A DNA stretch of 64,000 nucleotides from a virus (IMGVR_UViG_3300008448_000004:116935-180934), one strand, 5' to 3'. Positions 9,973-19,662 are shown, counted from the first letter of the stretch. Made by a program: numbers and translations. Notes: a model not told the origin generated them from the sequence alone.

Positions 9973-10707
9973 TTCTGTTCCGATTGGAATCTCTACGCCC
10001 TCCTCAACGTGTGTATCAGATTCGTAGTCAAACGTAAGAAGTACTTCTGGTTGAATTTCGGTAATATGTTTTCTTAGAGCTCTTGAATCGGGTGCTAACA
10101 TAACATCGACAAAGCCTCTAATTGCTTTTGGATCTCTGTCTCCATTTATCGATGTGATAATCTTTTTGAACCTGGTAGTTACTTCGCTAGATCCGTTAGG
10201 ATTGACTTTTTTCATACCTTGAAGTTCTCTCTCAATATCTTTCTCATCTTTATGAGTTAGTAGTTTGAAAGTGACAATATTGCCGGTAGTAGGTAGTTTA
10301 AATTCAAACTCATTCACACCGGGAGTCTTAACTAAACTTCTATCGAGTTTCTTTTCTTTTAACTTTGTTAAGTCGACGGTGACTTTTTCTGAAGTTCCTG
10401 TAATAGGATTGTAGTAGTTAAAACTGTAATCTTTACCGTATCCTAGAATTCTTGCAGCAATCAGCAAAGCATTCTTATCTGTTATTAGTAGATCGTCAAA
10501 ATTAATCTTAGTGACGATTAGAGATTGTAGTAGTTTATCTAGAACCGTGTTATTATTAATTAGATTAGCATTAGTAAGGATATCTTCCTCTTTTGCTGTC
10601 ATATACTTCATTTCCAGTTTACCGCTAGATAAAGGGTTATCTTGGGGATATAAGAGTCCTTCGGACGGTAGTTCAACTGTTTCGGTCGGTAACTTAAATT
10701 CGCTCAT
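9952..10707 (-). CDS. Tail assembly chaperone / T4 gp26-like baseplate hub assembly protein
   Basis: PTETVELPSEGLLYP...EMKYMTAKEEDILT...DKNALLIAARILGYG...IPIGTEFFWP; lies between tube and tape measure. Confidence 0.8.
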   Translation of the reverse strand: MSEFKLPTETVELPSEGLLYPQDNPLSSGKLEMKYMTAKEEDILTNANLINNNTVLDKLLQSLIVTKINFDDLLITDKNALLIAARILGYGKDYSFNYYNPITGTSEKVTVDLTKLKEKKLDRSLVKTPGVNEFEFKLPTTGNIVTFKLLTHKDEKDIERELQGMKKVNPNGSSEVTTRFKKIITSINGDRDPKAIRGFVDVMLAPDSRALRKHITEIQPEVLLTFDYESDTHVEEGVEIPIGTEFFWPKS

Positions 10708-10736
10708 AGATTTTTATTTAGTAACTGTATTGTATA

Positions 10737-10744
10737 TATAAATA
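10737..10744 (-). promoter_or_regulatory. Late-type motif TATTTATA before chaperone
   Basis: 29 nt upstream of ATG. Confidence 0.55.
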
Positions 10745-10764
10745 TGCCGGAGATTGATTTTCTA

Positions 10765-11328
10765 CTAGAAAACAGTCTTCAAGCTTCTAATAATTTTTTT
10801 ATCCCATTTCTTAAGAACATTCTTGTAGAAGTAAGCTAAAGCATACGGTCCAGAATGTCCTAATTCTAAAGCAAAGCTCTTTATTTCAGCAGAGGTTAGT
10901 TCGATAAGAAGGATGTACTCGTCAAAAGTTGGATCGCCTTCTATATTATTTTTCTTATAATAGTCTCCTAAAGCTATTTCAGCAGTTAAGTCAAAGTATT
11001 TACCATTAGAAGAATTCCAAGCATGATCGAGAGGTACGTACCTGGAAGCTATTCCTTCGCAGTATTTAATGCCTGATCCGCCTGAGTACGCTGTGTAGAA
11101 AGAGTTGTCGTAGCACTGCTTAGTCTTGACTTTTAATATTTTGCTTTTTAACAAATCGTCTACGTCTTTAGCTACAGGTAGGGTTTTATAAGAAACAACT
11201 TTTATAGGTTTAGCTACTTCAGCTTTCCATTTAGCAAACTTTAATTGATCATTTTCAGCATCAAGCATTTGAGAAAGCATTGTTGCTTCTCCGTCAAGAT
11301 ATCGTTTTAATTGGCTTTCTAGTAACAT
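10765..11328 (-). CDS. Hypothetical protein with a Cys-His-Asp (papain/transglutaminase-like) motif
   Basis: CYDNS...YCEG...PLDHAWN...YFDLT spacing. Confidence 0.5.
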   Translation of the reverse strand: MLLESQLKRYLDGEATMLSQMLDAENDQLKFAKWKAEVAKPIKVVSYKTLPVAKDVDDLLKSKILKVKTKQCYDNSFYTAYSGGSGIKYCEGIASRYVPLDHAWNSSNGKYFDLTAEIALGDYYKKNNIEGDPTFDEYILLIELTSAEIKSFALELGHSGPYALAYFYKNVLKKWDKKIIRSLKTVF

Positions 11329-11332
11329 CGTA

Positions 11333-11340
11333 TATAAATA
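11333..11340 (-). promoter_or_regulatory. Late-type motif TATTTATA before the Cys-His-Asp gene
   Basis: 4 nt upstream of ATG, just after the terminator. Confidence 0.55.
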
Positions 11341-11342
11341 TT

Positions 11343-11377
11343 AAAATAAAAAAATCTCTTGGGATTTCCAAGAGATT
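11343..11377 (-). terminator. Intrinsic terminator after the tail tube gene
   Basis: 10-bp stem AATCTCTTGG/CCAAGAGATT, 5-nt loop, followed on the minus strand by TTTTTTATTTT. Confidence 0.75.
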
Positions 11378-11402
11378 CTTTAAAATAATTGCTAAGGTTA
11401 TC

Positions 11403-11888
11403 TTAGAAGTTAAGTTCGCAGTAATCCATAGCGATTGTCATTTCGATCGTAATGTACTGATCGTTAGACCAATCGTATTCACCGAAGTTAGCTGATTTAA
11501 CGTATGCGCCTCTGATCACCCATTCTCCTACGATATCACCTACAGGGCCTAAGATGTTTAGAGTGACATTCTTTTTATAGAAGTCAGAATAACCATCTCT
11601 ACCTGTGATTGATTCGTGAGATAGACGGATCCATTCCATTACAGTTTGGGCTCCAGAAGGGGTGATAGGGTCGTAAAGCGATAGTGCCATATCCTGCCAT
11701 TCAGCTTTGCCCTTAAGTTTACGGTATACGTTGATGTGATCGAGCTTGATATCAGTAAACTGTACTTGAGGTGAAGCAGCTTTCTTGATGAGGTATGTAG
11801 GGATACCATCGATGTACATTATGAAGCGGTTCTGAACCTTGGGTTCGAAGGCCGTATACATCAACTCATTTGGATCTATTAGTGGCAT
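11403..11888 (-). CDS. gp19: Tail tube protein (T4 gp19-like)
   Basis: FEPKVQNRFIMYI...LYDPITPSGAQTVMEW...DFYKK...LGPVGDIVGEW...GAYVKSANFG; directly after sheath. Confidence 0.9.
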   Translation of the reverse strand: MPLIDPNELMYTAFEPKVQNRFIMYIDGIPTYLIKKAASPQVQFTDIKLDHINVYRKLKGKAEWQDMALSLYDPITPSGAQTVMEWIRLSHESITGRDGYSDFYKKNVTLNILGPVGDIVGEWVIRGAYVKSANFGEYDWSNDQYITIEMTIAMDYCELNF

Positions 11889-11903
11889 ATTCTATTCGTT
11901 TAA

Positions 11904-11911
11904 TATAAATA
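11904..11911 (-). promoter_or_regulatory. Late-type motif TATTTATA before tail tube
   Basis: 15 nt upstream of ATG. Confidence 0.6.
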
Positions 11912-11935
11912 TCGGTTTAATAAATTTTCTATAAC

Positions 11936-13729
11936 TTATTGACCAAATGTTGCTCCAGTTGGTAGAATGTTGAAGTCAAGTATAATGAATTCAGCAGTTC
12001 TAGTTGGCTGTAAGTAGATAGCACCTACTAATTGGTTTCTATCGATTACATCTGGAGTGTTGTTTGTTTCATCCATTACAATTCTGTAAGAATATAGACC
12101 CTGTCTTTGTTGTACTGAATCTAAGTAAGGAGTCATTTGATTGACGAACTTAGTTCTTGTAGCAACTGTGTTCTGCTCGAATAAGAAGTTTTCAGCAATT
12201 TGACCAATTTGTCTCTTAAGAGCAATTAATAGTCTTCTTACGTTTACTCTATCAAGAGCAGAAGGCTTAGTTTGTAAGGTCTTCTGACCATATACTACTG
12301 TACCTTGTCCAGGGAATATTGCAATTGGGTTTACTTTACCGTTGTAAAGGTTGTCTCTGTTAGACTTTGTTAATCTGTATTCAGGACCGATTACTGTTGG
12401 CAGTCCACCGCGGTTTAGACCTGCTGGTGCAAACCATTCTGCAGCAATCTTGTCGTTATATGCATACACACCGGGGATGATAGTTGAAGCAGGAACCCAA
12501 CGCATTTTACCTGTCTCGTTAGATCTTACTTGAACCCAAGGCCAGTATGTAGCGGCATAGCTAGTATCGGCTACAGCTGCATTATTTACAGCGTTAGAAA
12601 CACTTTGGTTTTTAGCTGTTGTGTCTAGTACTGCAATTGCATCACCTCTACCTTCGACGATTGTTATTACATCTGCTAGGGTAGTTTCTGCATTTTGAAT
12701 GGCTAGACCTGGAGCATAAATTACTTCGTAGTCGTACCAGTCTTTATTTTTAAGAAGACTGAAAGCTATATCGTAGTTACCTGGAACGAGTCCTTGTATG
12801 TTTTCAGTAGCGTTTGTTGAACCTTCAGGAACACCTGTTATGTTTTCAAACAGCTTTAACGCTTTACCGCTAGTCTTTCCGCCGTATAGATCACCAGCTG
12901 AACCACTGAAAGATCCATTGTATGAACCTGAACCTATTTTAGGTATAGAGCCGGTTGCAGCTGAGTTTGCAGTTCCGTCATTGTTTAAGTATCCGGGCTG
13001 TGCATTAACGTAAGATACTCTCACGAAACGGCTCTTGTTAGCGTAAGATCCTGTAGAGAGTAACTGCCAATCGCCGTTCTCATCTTGAACAGGATACCAA
13101 GACATATTACCGATTTGGTATTCTATATAATTAGGTGTATTTGGATCTAAGCTTAAGTTAGACCAAGTCTCTAATACTGTTTTTTGTTTCTGGTAGTCAT
13201 CACCTCTTCTGATCACAAGAGTGAAAAGTCCGTTCTCTTTATCTGAGTATGATACTTCCCATCTGATATTATTCAATGAACCAGAAGGTAAATACCCCTC
13301 TGCTAGGCTTGCTGTTGCACCTTGGTAGTTGCTTTGGTCAACACCTAAAGCGAGTGTTTCTAATATAAAAGAAACAACTCCAGAGCTTGTAGCTGGTACA
13401 GAAGCAGTTGCAGGTAGGTAACCTCCGTTAGGTATAGTTGCAATTGATCCTGAAACAACTCTTGTTACAATCATAGTCTCACCTCCTTGTTGGAAGTAGT
13501 TATAAACTGCTAAAGAGGTTAGATATTCTTCGGTAGAGCTACCGGTTACAAATATAGATCCAAACTTGCTTGTAAAATCAGAATAAGAAGTTACTACAGT
13601 AGGGTAGTTAACCGGCCCTTTAACGGTAGGACCTACTAACGCGGCACCTGCTACTACAGGTCCTTGTGCTATTTGGGATAGGTCGTTTTCGTTTAGAAAT
13701 ACGCCGGGTGAGATTATTGCTTCTGCCAT
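11936..13729 (-). CDS. gp18: Tail sheath protein (T4 gp18-like)
   Basis: SPGVFLNEND N-terminus; YWPWVQV, WFAPAGLNRGGL, VNPIA...GQKTLQ...ALDRVNVRRLL, IYLQPTRTAEFIILDFNI. Confidence 0.95.
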   Translation of the reverse strand: MAEAIISPGVFLNENDLSQIAQGPVVAGAALVGPTVKGPVNYPTVVTSYSDFTSKFGSIFVTGSSTEEYLTSLAVYNYFQQGGETMIVTRVVSGSIATIPNGGYLPATASVPATSSGVVSFILETLALGVDQSNYQGATASLAEGYLPSGSLNNIRWEVSYSDKENGLFTLVIRRGDDYQKQKTVLETWSNLSLDPNTPNYIEYQIGNMSWYPVQDENGDWQLLSTGSYANKSRFVRVSYVNAQPGYLNNDGTANSAATGSIPKIGSGSYNGSFSGSAGDLYGGKTSGKALKLFENITGVPEGSTNATENIQGLVPGNYDIAFSLLKNKDWYDYEVIYAPGLAIQNAETTLADVITIVEGRGDAIAVLDTTAKNQSVSNAVNNAAVADTSYAATYWPWVQVRSNETGKMRWVPASTIIPGVYAYNDKIAAEWFAPAGLNRGGLPTVIGPEYRLTKSNRDNLYNGKVNPIAIFPGQGTVVYGQKTLQTKPSALDRVNVRRLLIALKRQIGQIAENFLFEQNTVATRTKFVNQMTPYLDSVQQRQGLYSYRIVMDETNNTPDVIDRNQLVGAIYLQPTRTAEFIILDFNILPTGATFGQ

Positions 13730-13756
13730 AGTTTTTTAGATTAGTTAATTTCTAAT

Positions 13757-13764
13757 AATAAATA
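13757..13764 (-). promoter_or_regulatory. Late-type motif TATTTATT before sheath
   Basis: 27 nt upstream of ATG. Confidence 0.55.
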
Positions 13765-13803
13765 GTACACTTTTTTCGTAAAAAGTTATTCCTAAAATAT
13801 TTA

Positions 13804-14052
13804 TTATGTTATTTTAGTTGCGGTTCCATCTTCGATATTTACAGAAACTGGTCCGTATTTCTTTACTAGACTTTCTGAAGCAGATTCTTCCTCGATCATT
13901 AATTCTTGTAATTCTCCAAGGTAAGCTTGTTCTACTAAATTTAATCTAGCTTTTTGTACGGCGATTTCACCTAGATTCGCGACTAATTTTTCTGTTCTTT
14001 CTTTGATCTTTACTAGTTGATCAATTTCTTCTTGTAACAAGTTAATTTTCAT
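13804..14052 (-). CDS. Small coiled-coil hypothetical protein (possible fibre chaperone)
   Basis: 82-aa helical ORF ending KYGPVSVNIEDG; lies between the fibre-like gene and sheath. Confidence 0.55.
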   Translation of the reverse strand: MKINLLQEEIDQLVKIKERTEKLVANLGEIAVQKARLNLVEQAYLGELQELMIEEESASESLVKKYGPVSVNIEDGTATKIT

Positions 14053-14066
14053 AAACGTTTATATTT

Positions 14067-16358
14067 TTAAGATACTTGAGTTAGAGTTGCTATAATAGAC
14101 GGCACTCCGGGTATATTCCCGTTTGCAGCAAGGTAAGCATAGGTTGTATTTGCACTGTTACTCTGATATGCTATTTCTAAATAATCTCCAGCATTCAAAG
14201 AGTCTACAAAGTTCCATGCTGCAACGAGGCGATGATTCGAAGGCACAGTTACTACTGTAGCACTATTAGGTATATTAGATCCGTTCTTCTTAAACCAGAT
14301 ATAGACATCAGCAGAGCCTGCTCCTTGAACAATTTGAGCTGAGAATTGAAGATTAAAGACGCCGGTATCAGCTACTTGTATCCTCGTCGGTAACCCCATC
14401 TCATTATTTTCAATAGTAACTTCGTTACTGTAGTCTGTTGTATGATATTGAAAAGATCCAGACTGGTTAATTGAGCCGGACTGAGTTGTTAGATCGCTAA
14501 AAGCTCCGAAGTGTTTGCCTTGGAGACTGGAGCTTATGCTAGTTCCGTTTATGTAGAGTTGGTTGTTTCCTTCTACGTAAACACTACCGGTTATATGCAA
14601 CGAACCAGTCATTTCGTGACGGTTATTTGCATCTAGGTGCAACTTCTTATTTGCTATTGAATCAAATCCTCCTGCAAAGAACATTATAGGCATGTCAGAA
14701 GATGCATTACCTATGTGAAGATGTTCCCCTGTAGAATATATGTAAGCATCATTAGGACCCCCTACCACGTTTGGAATATTATAAGTACTACTATTAATAC
14801 CCATGTCAATATAGTACTCTGTTTCGCTTCCTATATCGTTTGTAGCAACTATATCACTAGAAGCTACTACACTATCAGATAAATTTTGGATATTAATTTG
14901 AGAATAAGTAGCTACATTGCTTTCGGCTTGTATTATATTATAACTAGCGTTGTTAGCAGGTAATACTCTTAGAGCAGGAACTGCAGTACTAACTTCAGAA
15001 GCAGTAGTACTTGTGTTAATACCTACTACTCCTTCAGGATGTATATACACTTTAGCATTAGCTTCGGTATCAAACCCTCCATTAAATATTATGACTGATT
15101 TATTAGGGGCAGCGTTACCTATTAGTAGATTACTTCCTGTTACGTAAAGGTATCCATCGTTAGGACCTCCTACTACTCCAGAAGCACTATCAAAAGTACT
15201 ACTGTTAATGCCCATATTTATGTAGTTACCTTCTTCGGTAGCTTCGTCATTTGCTGCAACTACATCGGCTGATGCGGTAGATCCACTGCTGTGGTTACAT
15301 ATTAGATTCTGCACATATCCGTCTACTTCTGCTAAAGAAGTTATTATATTATAAGAACCGGTATTGAGTTGTTGTACAATTAAAGCTTCAGGAGCAGCTG
15401 CTCCATGAGATGCAGATGTGTTTATTCCAATATAGTACCAATTCTCGCCGTCTACGATACTGGCTGTTTGCCAGATTGCGCTGTTAACTAGTGTAAATGT
15501 TTCATCTAGGTAGGGAATATGGTAAGGGTCTGCATCAATTCTAGGTATGTTAGAAGCTGTTACGTCTCCGAAAAATTGAATTGAACCGTAGACTGTGTGA
15601 CCTGAACCGGTCACTTCTAGTGCGCCGGAAAGTATTAGATCACCGCTAGAGCTAATCTTCATCTTAACTCTATCCTGTACATTAAAGCCGCCAACGAAGA
15701 AGTTTAAACTTCCGGTTGCACCTTCTCTAGCATTGCCTATATAGAATTCGTTTGCAAGAGAGTATAAGTAAGCATCACCGGCATTACCTATTCCTCCTTC
15801 TACAGAGTATCCCGAGTTATTAATACCGAGATCGACGTACATATCCGATTCTGAGCCGTTGTTAGCTGTAACAACTATATCACCGGATGCAAAACCGCCG
15901 GAGCTGAAATTCTTTACAGCGATTTGAAGATAGTTATCCGTATCTCCGAAAGCATCCATAATAGTATAAGCGTCCGCGTCATTTTGAAATACATTTAGAG
16001 AAGCTGGTGCTCTTGATTCAGGTTCGTAACTACCTGTTGTGTTAATCGATACGTAGAGAAACTCTACATCGTTAACTAAACTAGCTGTAACGTGTATCGG
16101 CGAGTTTGCCCAAAATCCCCCTACTGGGTCGTAGTAGGGAACGTGGTAAGGTTCGGTCTGTACCAGTGCTGGAGCAAAAGCAGAAGCAGTAACGTTTGTT
16201 AGATTTCTACCGTCTCCATAAAGGTATGAGCCAGAGATTGAACCTGATACTAGTATGTCAGCAGAGCTAGATGCTGCTAGAGCATTTATTACTCTGAGTA
16301 TATGATCAGATTTGATTATTTTACCAGGTTCAATACCTGTTTTGCTTATAGTTGCCAT
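14067..16358 (-). CDS. Fibre/spike-like structural protein with three ~150-aa beta repeats and a C1q/BclA-C-like C-terminal domain
   Basis: Three copies of INT...S(G/A/S)D(I/V)V...Y(V/I)(D/N)(L/M)GIN.S...DxY(L/I)Y...IGNA...F.GG; C-terminal GVFNLQFSAQI...VYIWFKKNGSNIPNS...LNAGDYLEIA. Confidence 0.6.
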   Translation of the reverse strand: MATISKTGIEPGKIIKSDHILRVINALAASSSADILVSGSISGSYLYGDGRNLTNVTASAFAPALVQTEPYHVPYYDPVGGFWANSPIHVTASLVNDVEFLYVSINTTGSYEPESRAPASLNVFQNDADAYTIMDAFGDTDNYLQIAVKNFSSGGFASGDIVVTANNGSESDMYVDLGINNSGYSVEGGIGNAGDAYLYSLANEFYIGNAREGATGSLNFFVGGFNVQDRVKMKISSSGDLILSGALEVTGSGHTVYGSIQFFGDVTASNIPRIDADPYHIPYLDETFTLVNSAIWQTASIVDGENWYYIGINTSASHGAAAPEALIVQQLNTGSYNIITSLAEVDGYVQNLICNHSSGSTASADVVAANDEATEEGNYINMGINSSTFDSASGVVGGPNDGYLYVTGSNLLIGNAAPNKSVIIFNGGFDTEANAKVYIHPEGVVGINTSTTASEVSTAVPALRVLPANNASYNIIQAESNVATYSQINIQNLSDSVVASSDIVATNDIGSETEYYIDMGINSSTYNIPNVVGGPNDAYIYSTGEHLHIGNASSDMPIMFFAGGFDSIANKKLHLDANNRHEMTGSLHITGSVYVEGNNQLYINGTSISSSLQGKHFGAFSDLTTQSGSINQSGSFQYHTTDYSNEVTIENNEMGLPTRIQVADTGVFNLQFSAQIVQGAGSADVYIWFKKNGSNIPNSATVVTVPSNHRLVAAWNFVDSLNAGDYLEIAYQSNSANTTYAYLAANGNIPGVPSIIATLTQVS

Positions 16359-16371
16359 GTTCTATATTACT

Positions 16372-16379
16372 TATAAATA
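16372..16379 (-). promoter_or_regulatory. Late-type motif TATTTATA before the fibre-like gene
   Basis: 13 nt upstream of ATG. Confidence 0.55.
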
Positions 16380-16380
16380 T

Positions 16381-17250
16381 TTAAGGTCTGCCGGTAACTA
16401 TTTCAGGGTTGAAGATAACTTTGGTAAAGTTGTGGAACTTATTAGCCATCTTCGCTATTTCTGCATTAACCGTATCTGGTATCAGGTATCCATTCAATGT
16501 CATATTAAAGCTGCTTTTTACAGCTCTATCTGCTCCCTCTTCTAGTATAGTTTGAGTAGAGAAGCTATCTATTCTTGTTTTAAATTGAAATCTTTCCGGA
16601 TCTCCCCAGTAGCTGTTTGAAGCAAAGTTAATTCCTTCTACAAGCTTATTCATCTGTTCAACAAAGTCTGTAAAAATAACGCAGGAATAGGTTATAGTAA
16701 CGTAATCAGGTACGATTGCTAACATCCACTCTTCTTCCGGCTTTTGATTAGAGAGAAGGTAGAAGTTATCGTATATGTTTCTTCTGCTAAATTTTTTCTT
16801 CAACATAACAACATTATTGACAACGTTACCGTCCAGTTTATTCCCTAGTTCTCTGTTTTGTTCTATAGTATCTCTCTTGTACATAATAAGAGGTACTAGT
16901 ATCTTACCGTTACCGTCTCTATAAAATCCATCGGCTTGAACAGACTTCCATCTTTCAGGAGAACCGTAAATCACAGGTACGTTTATCTGTGTACTATTTT
17001 GAACAACTGTCAGTTTTAATCTATTGTCAAAATAAAACTGTATAGCTTCGTCTATATCCTTTATACCGATTTTTGGAATTTTATCGGTATCGCCTTTCAT
17101 TGATATCTCAAAAGCGCGATTAAATTCTGGTTGTCCGGGGTTGGTGGTATCTACGCCTCCTATACCGTTAGGATTTCCTATCTCTGTTAAAAATGGATTA
17201 ACAAAGCTATCTAAAAAATCTCGCCTTTGAACTGGTGTAGGTTTTGCCAT
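16381..17250 (-). CDS. Tail terminator / sheath stabiliser (T4 gp15-like)
   Basis: VPVIYGSPERW...PLIMYKR...PDYVTITYSCVIFTDFVEQMNKLVE; follows the neck genes. Confidence 0.7.
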   Translation of the reverse strand: MAKPTPVQRRDFLDSFVNPFLTEIGNPNGIGGVDTTNPGQPEFNRAFEISMKGDTDKIPKIGIKDIDEAIQFYFDNRLKLTVVQNSTQINVPVIYGSPERWKSVQADGFYRDGNGKILVPLIMYKRDTIEQNRELGNKLDGNVVNNVVMLKKKFSRRNIYDNFYLLSNQKPEEEWMLAIVPDYVTITYSCVIFTDFVEQMNKLVEGINFASNSYWGDPERFQFKTRIDSFSTQTILEEGADRAVKSSFNMTLNGYLIPDTVNAEIAKMANKFHNFTKVIFNPEIVTGRP

Positions 17251-17253
17251 TTA

Positions 17254-17745
17254 TTACAGTCGTTGTTTTGTTATACCTAATTTGTCTCCACGTGTATAGT
17301 GTGTCTTTAGTATAACAGAGTAGTCGTTACCAAAATTCTCTAATCCGTCAGAATAAGAATAGGCATTGTCTTTACCCATTATTAACTGATTTTCGTTTAC
17401 ATTATCTACTTCGTAGTATATTTCGTTGTACATAACAACATCGCCAATCTCAGGTATAACGTTTGCTTCAATCATATCATCTCTTAAGAACCTAAAAACA
17501 ACATCTCTTTGAGTGTCGGGGCCAAATTCATCGACAGGAGCTGTAAAATCTCCTCTCTCAATTATGCAGTTAAATAGTATAGGTCCTATAAAAGTCTTAC
17601 TTAGTGATTCGCCATATAAATTAGGCGTAGTATCAGGAAGAACTGTCTTGTAGTATCCTACCTGCTGGGAGATTACGTCGTTAACTAGCTCTTTTGAGAT
17701 AATTTTAAACGTATCTATGTCTCTAAGTGATCCAAATATTGCCAT
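17254..17745 (-). CDS. Neck / head-closure protein (T4 gp14-like)
   Basis: NLYGES...PEIGDVVMYNEIYYEVDNV motif; synteny with gp13-like gene. Confidence 0.7.
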   Translation of the reverse strand: MAIFGSLRDIDTFKIISKELVNDVISQQVGYYKTVLPDTTPNLYGESLSKTFIGPILFNCIIERGDFTAPVDEFGPDTQRDVVFRFLRDDMIEANVIPEIGDVVMYNEIYYEVDNVNENQLIMGKDNAYSYSDGLENFGNDYSVILKTHYTRGDKLGITKQRL

Positions 17746-17746
17746 C

Positions 17747-18955
17747 TTATCCTATAAATATAAACATTGGTATATCTGTCAAAGTATTCTTCATAGCTGA
17801 TGCTTCGGCTTGCTTTCTCTCTAACTGCGCTTGACGTGTTGTTCCGTCAAGATCTCCTCTTAGTTTCTCAATTAAAGCTACTTTTTCTGCTCTAGCATCT
17901 GTAAGTAAATCACTCTGATTTAGAGTAACTTCATCACCCGGTATAGGAATAGCGTTATACTTTCCTCTGATATAGCCTAGTATTTCTTTTGCTATAGCAG
18001 CAGCATATTCATAAATCCAGTATTTACCCGGGGCGTTAATTTCAGAATAAACAGGGTTCTCATAAGGAACATTTCCCATGTTAGTTATAAGGTTATTAGG
18101 CTGTGTTAACTGTCCAGTAGCAGGATCTATATAAGAATAAGGGCCTCTTAGTGGGTTTGTTTCATCAGATTTTTTACTATACTGAAACCATAGTCTACCT
18201 GCTCGGTAAGGATCCGTTACAGTGCCGGGTACTGGGAATATTTTTAACTGGTTGTTTATTAATTCGAAAGTAAATGTAGATCTTCTCACATAATCTGACA
18301 TTTCAATAGCTTGTATTCTTTGAATATCCCAATATACGGGGAACATCATATACGATACAGCCGTTGAGTAAGATCCCCAGCCGAAAGTATCTAACAAGCC
18401 TTGGTAGTCAAAACCGGTGCCAGCGTATGGATCAAAGTAACGCACAATAGCAGGAGGAGCTTCGTAGAAGATTCTTCGTATTTTAATATTATCACCAAGT
18501 GCTAGAGAAGCAGAAGCTTGTGCCCAAGCATTCATATCGTATATTTGCTGTCCGCCTCTTAACATCATAGATCCCGTATACCAAGGTACATTTCCTCCAA
18601 CGCCTACCGCTTCACCATACACATCTGATAATTGTATTATACCTTGTATGCTTGGGGAGATTACGTTATTATTCAGCGGTGAACTATTGGGTGACCCTTC
18701 TAGAGAGAGGTAATTATCTCTAATCTTAAACAGGTATAATTCATTTCCATAAGTGGTTACAGCTTCTTCTAGAGCTGCGTAAAAGTTGATGTCTTGCAGC
18801 TCCACTTCCATGATAGGATACCCGAGCTTTCTTGCAGCAAAGTTAGCAAACTTAGGAGCATCAATTTGAAATTGAGCATCGCTGTCATAGAACCCGAAAG
18901 GGGTATTTCCTGCTACCGGAATTGGGGTGCCGTCGTATATTGGTTTATTCGCCAT
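17747..18955 (-). CDS. Neck / head-tail adaptor protein (T4 gp13-like)
   Basis: RKLGYPIMEVELQD...WIYEYAAAIAKEILGYIRGKY..IPIPG..VTLN...LL..A..EK..L. Confidence 0.75.
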   Translation of the reverse strand: MANKPIYDGTPIPVAGNTPFGFYDSDAQFQIDAPKFANFAARKLGYPIMEVELQDINFYAALEEAVTTYGNELYLFKIRDNYLSLEGSPNSSPLNNNVISPSIQGIIQLSDVYGEAVGVGGNVPWYTGSMMLRGGQQIYDMNAWAQASASLALGDNIKIRRIFYEAPPAIVRYFDPYAGTGFDYQGLLDTFGWGSYSTAVSYMMFPVYWDIQRIQAIEMSDYVRRSTFTFELINNQLKIFPVPGTVTDPYRAGRLWFQYSKKSDETNPLRGPYSYIDPATGQLTQPNNLITNMGNVPYENPVYSEINAPGKYWIYEYAAAIAKEILGYIRGKYNAIPIPGDEVTLNQSDLLTDARAEKVALIEKLRGDLDGTTRQAQLERKQAEASAMKNTLTDIPMFIFIG

Positions 18956-18957
18956 TT

Positions 18958-19641
18958 TTAATTCCTATGATCGTTGTATATTTTTAAAATATCTTCCACT
19001 ATGGGATCTCTATGGTTAGTTCTTAGAGTTACAACTTTAAATCCTGGAACATCGTTGAAATTATCGCAGATAAATTTAAAACCAGATGCTTTTTTATCCT
19101 TTAAGTCTATTTGTGCAGTATCTCCACATACAACCATCTTGCTACCGGAACAGATTCTTCCTAATAATAATTCCATTTGTCTATCAGTTATATTCTGTCC
19201 TTCATCTACTACAACAAAACAGTTACTAAGGTTTCTACCTCTCATGAACGCTAAAGGTATAACTTCGATTCTGCCTTCAGAAATCTCTTTATCTATTTTC
19301 TCCTTATTGTAGAGCCTATACATATTATCGTATATAGCTGCAGTATAGGGAGCTAGTTTAGCATCTTTATCTCCTGGTAGGAATCCTATTTCTTCTCCAG
19401 AAGTAACTGCCGGTCTAGTTAGTATAACTTTCTCAACATCGCGTTTAAACAGAGCATCAAGAGCGGCTTGTGCAGCTACCATTGATTTACCTGATCCAGC
19501 TGCTCCTTTCAAAACCGTTATTTTACTTTCTAATATAACGGCTTTAGCTTGTTTTTGTTCATCTGTAAGAGAAACTTGAAATCTAATAGGATTTTTAAGC
19601 TCTCTTTTCTTCTTTACAGCACCGTTTCCTTGCTCAGTCAT
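18958..19641 (-). CDS. phoH: PhoH-family ATPase
   Basis: LTDEQK, GAAGSGKS P-loop, TRPAV, IGFLPGD..AKLAPY, LAFMRGR, VDEGQN, GDTAQID, NHRDPIV. Confidence 0.92.
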   Translation of the reverse strand: MTEQGNGAVKKKRELKNPIRFQVSLTDEQKQAKAVILESKITVLKGAAGSGKSMVAAQAALDALFKRDVEKVILTRPAVTSGEEIGFLPGDKDAKLAPYTAAIYDNMYRLYNKEKIDKEISEGRIEVIPLAFMRGRNLSNCFVVVDEGQNITDRQMELLLGRICSGSKMVVCGDTAQIDLKDKKASGFKFICDNFNDVPGFKVVTLRTNHRDPIVEDILKIYNDHRN

Positions 19642-19654
19642 AAAACATCTTTGT

Positions 19655-19662
19655 TATAAATA
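19655..19662 (-). promoter_or_regulatory. Late-type motif TATTTATA before phoH
   Basis: 13 nt upstream of ATG, after the MCP terminator. Confidence 0.55.

Noticed and set aside
9952-9975. Canonical -1 frameshift at the T7 run
   Set aside because: The -1 frame reaches TAA within two codons.
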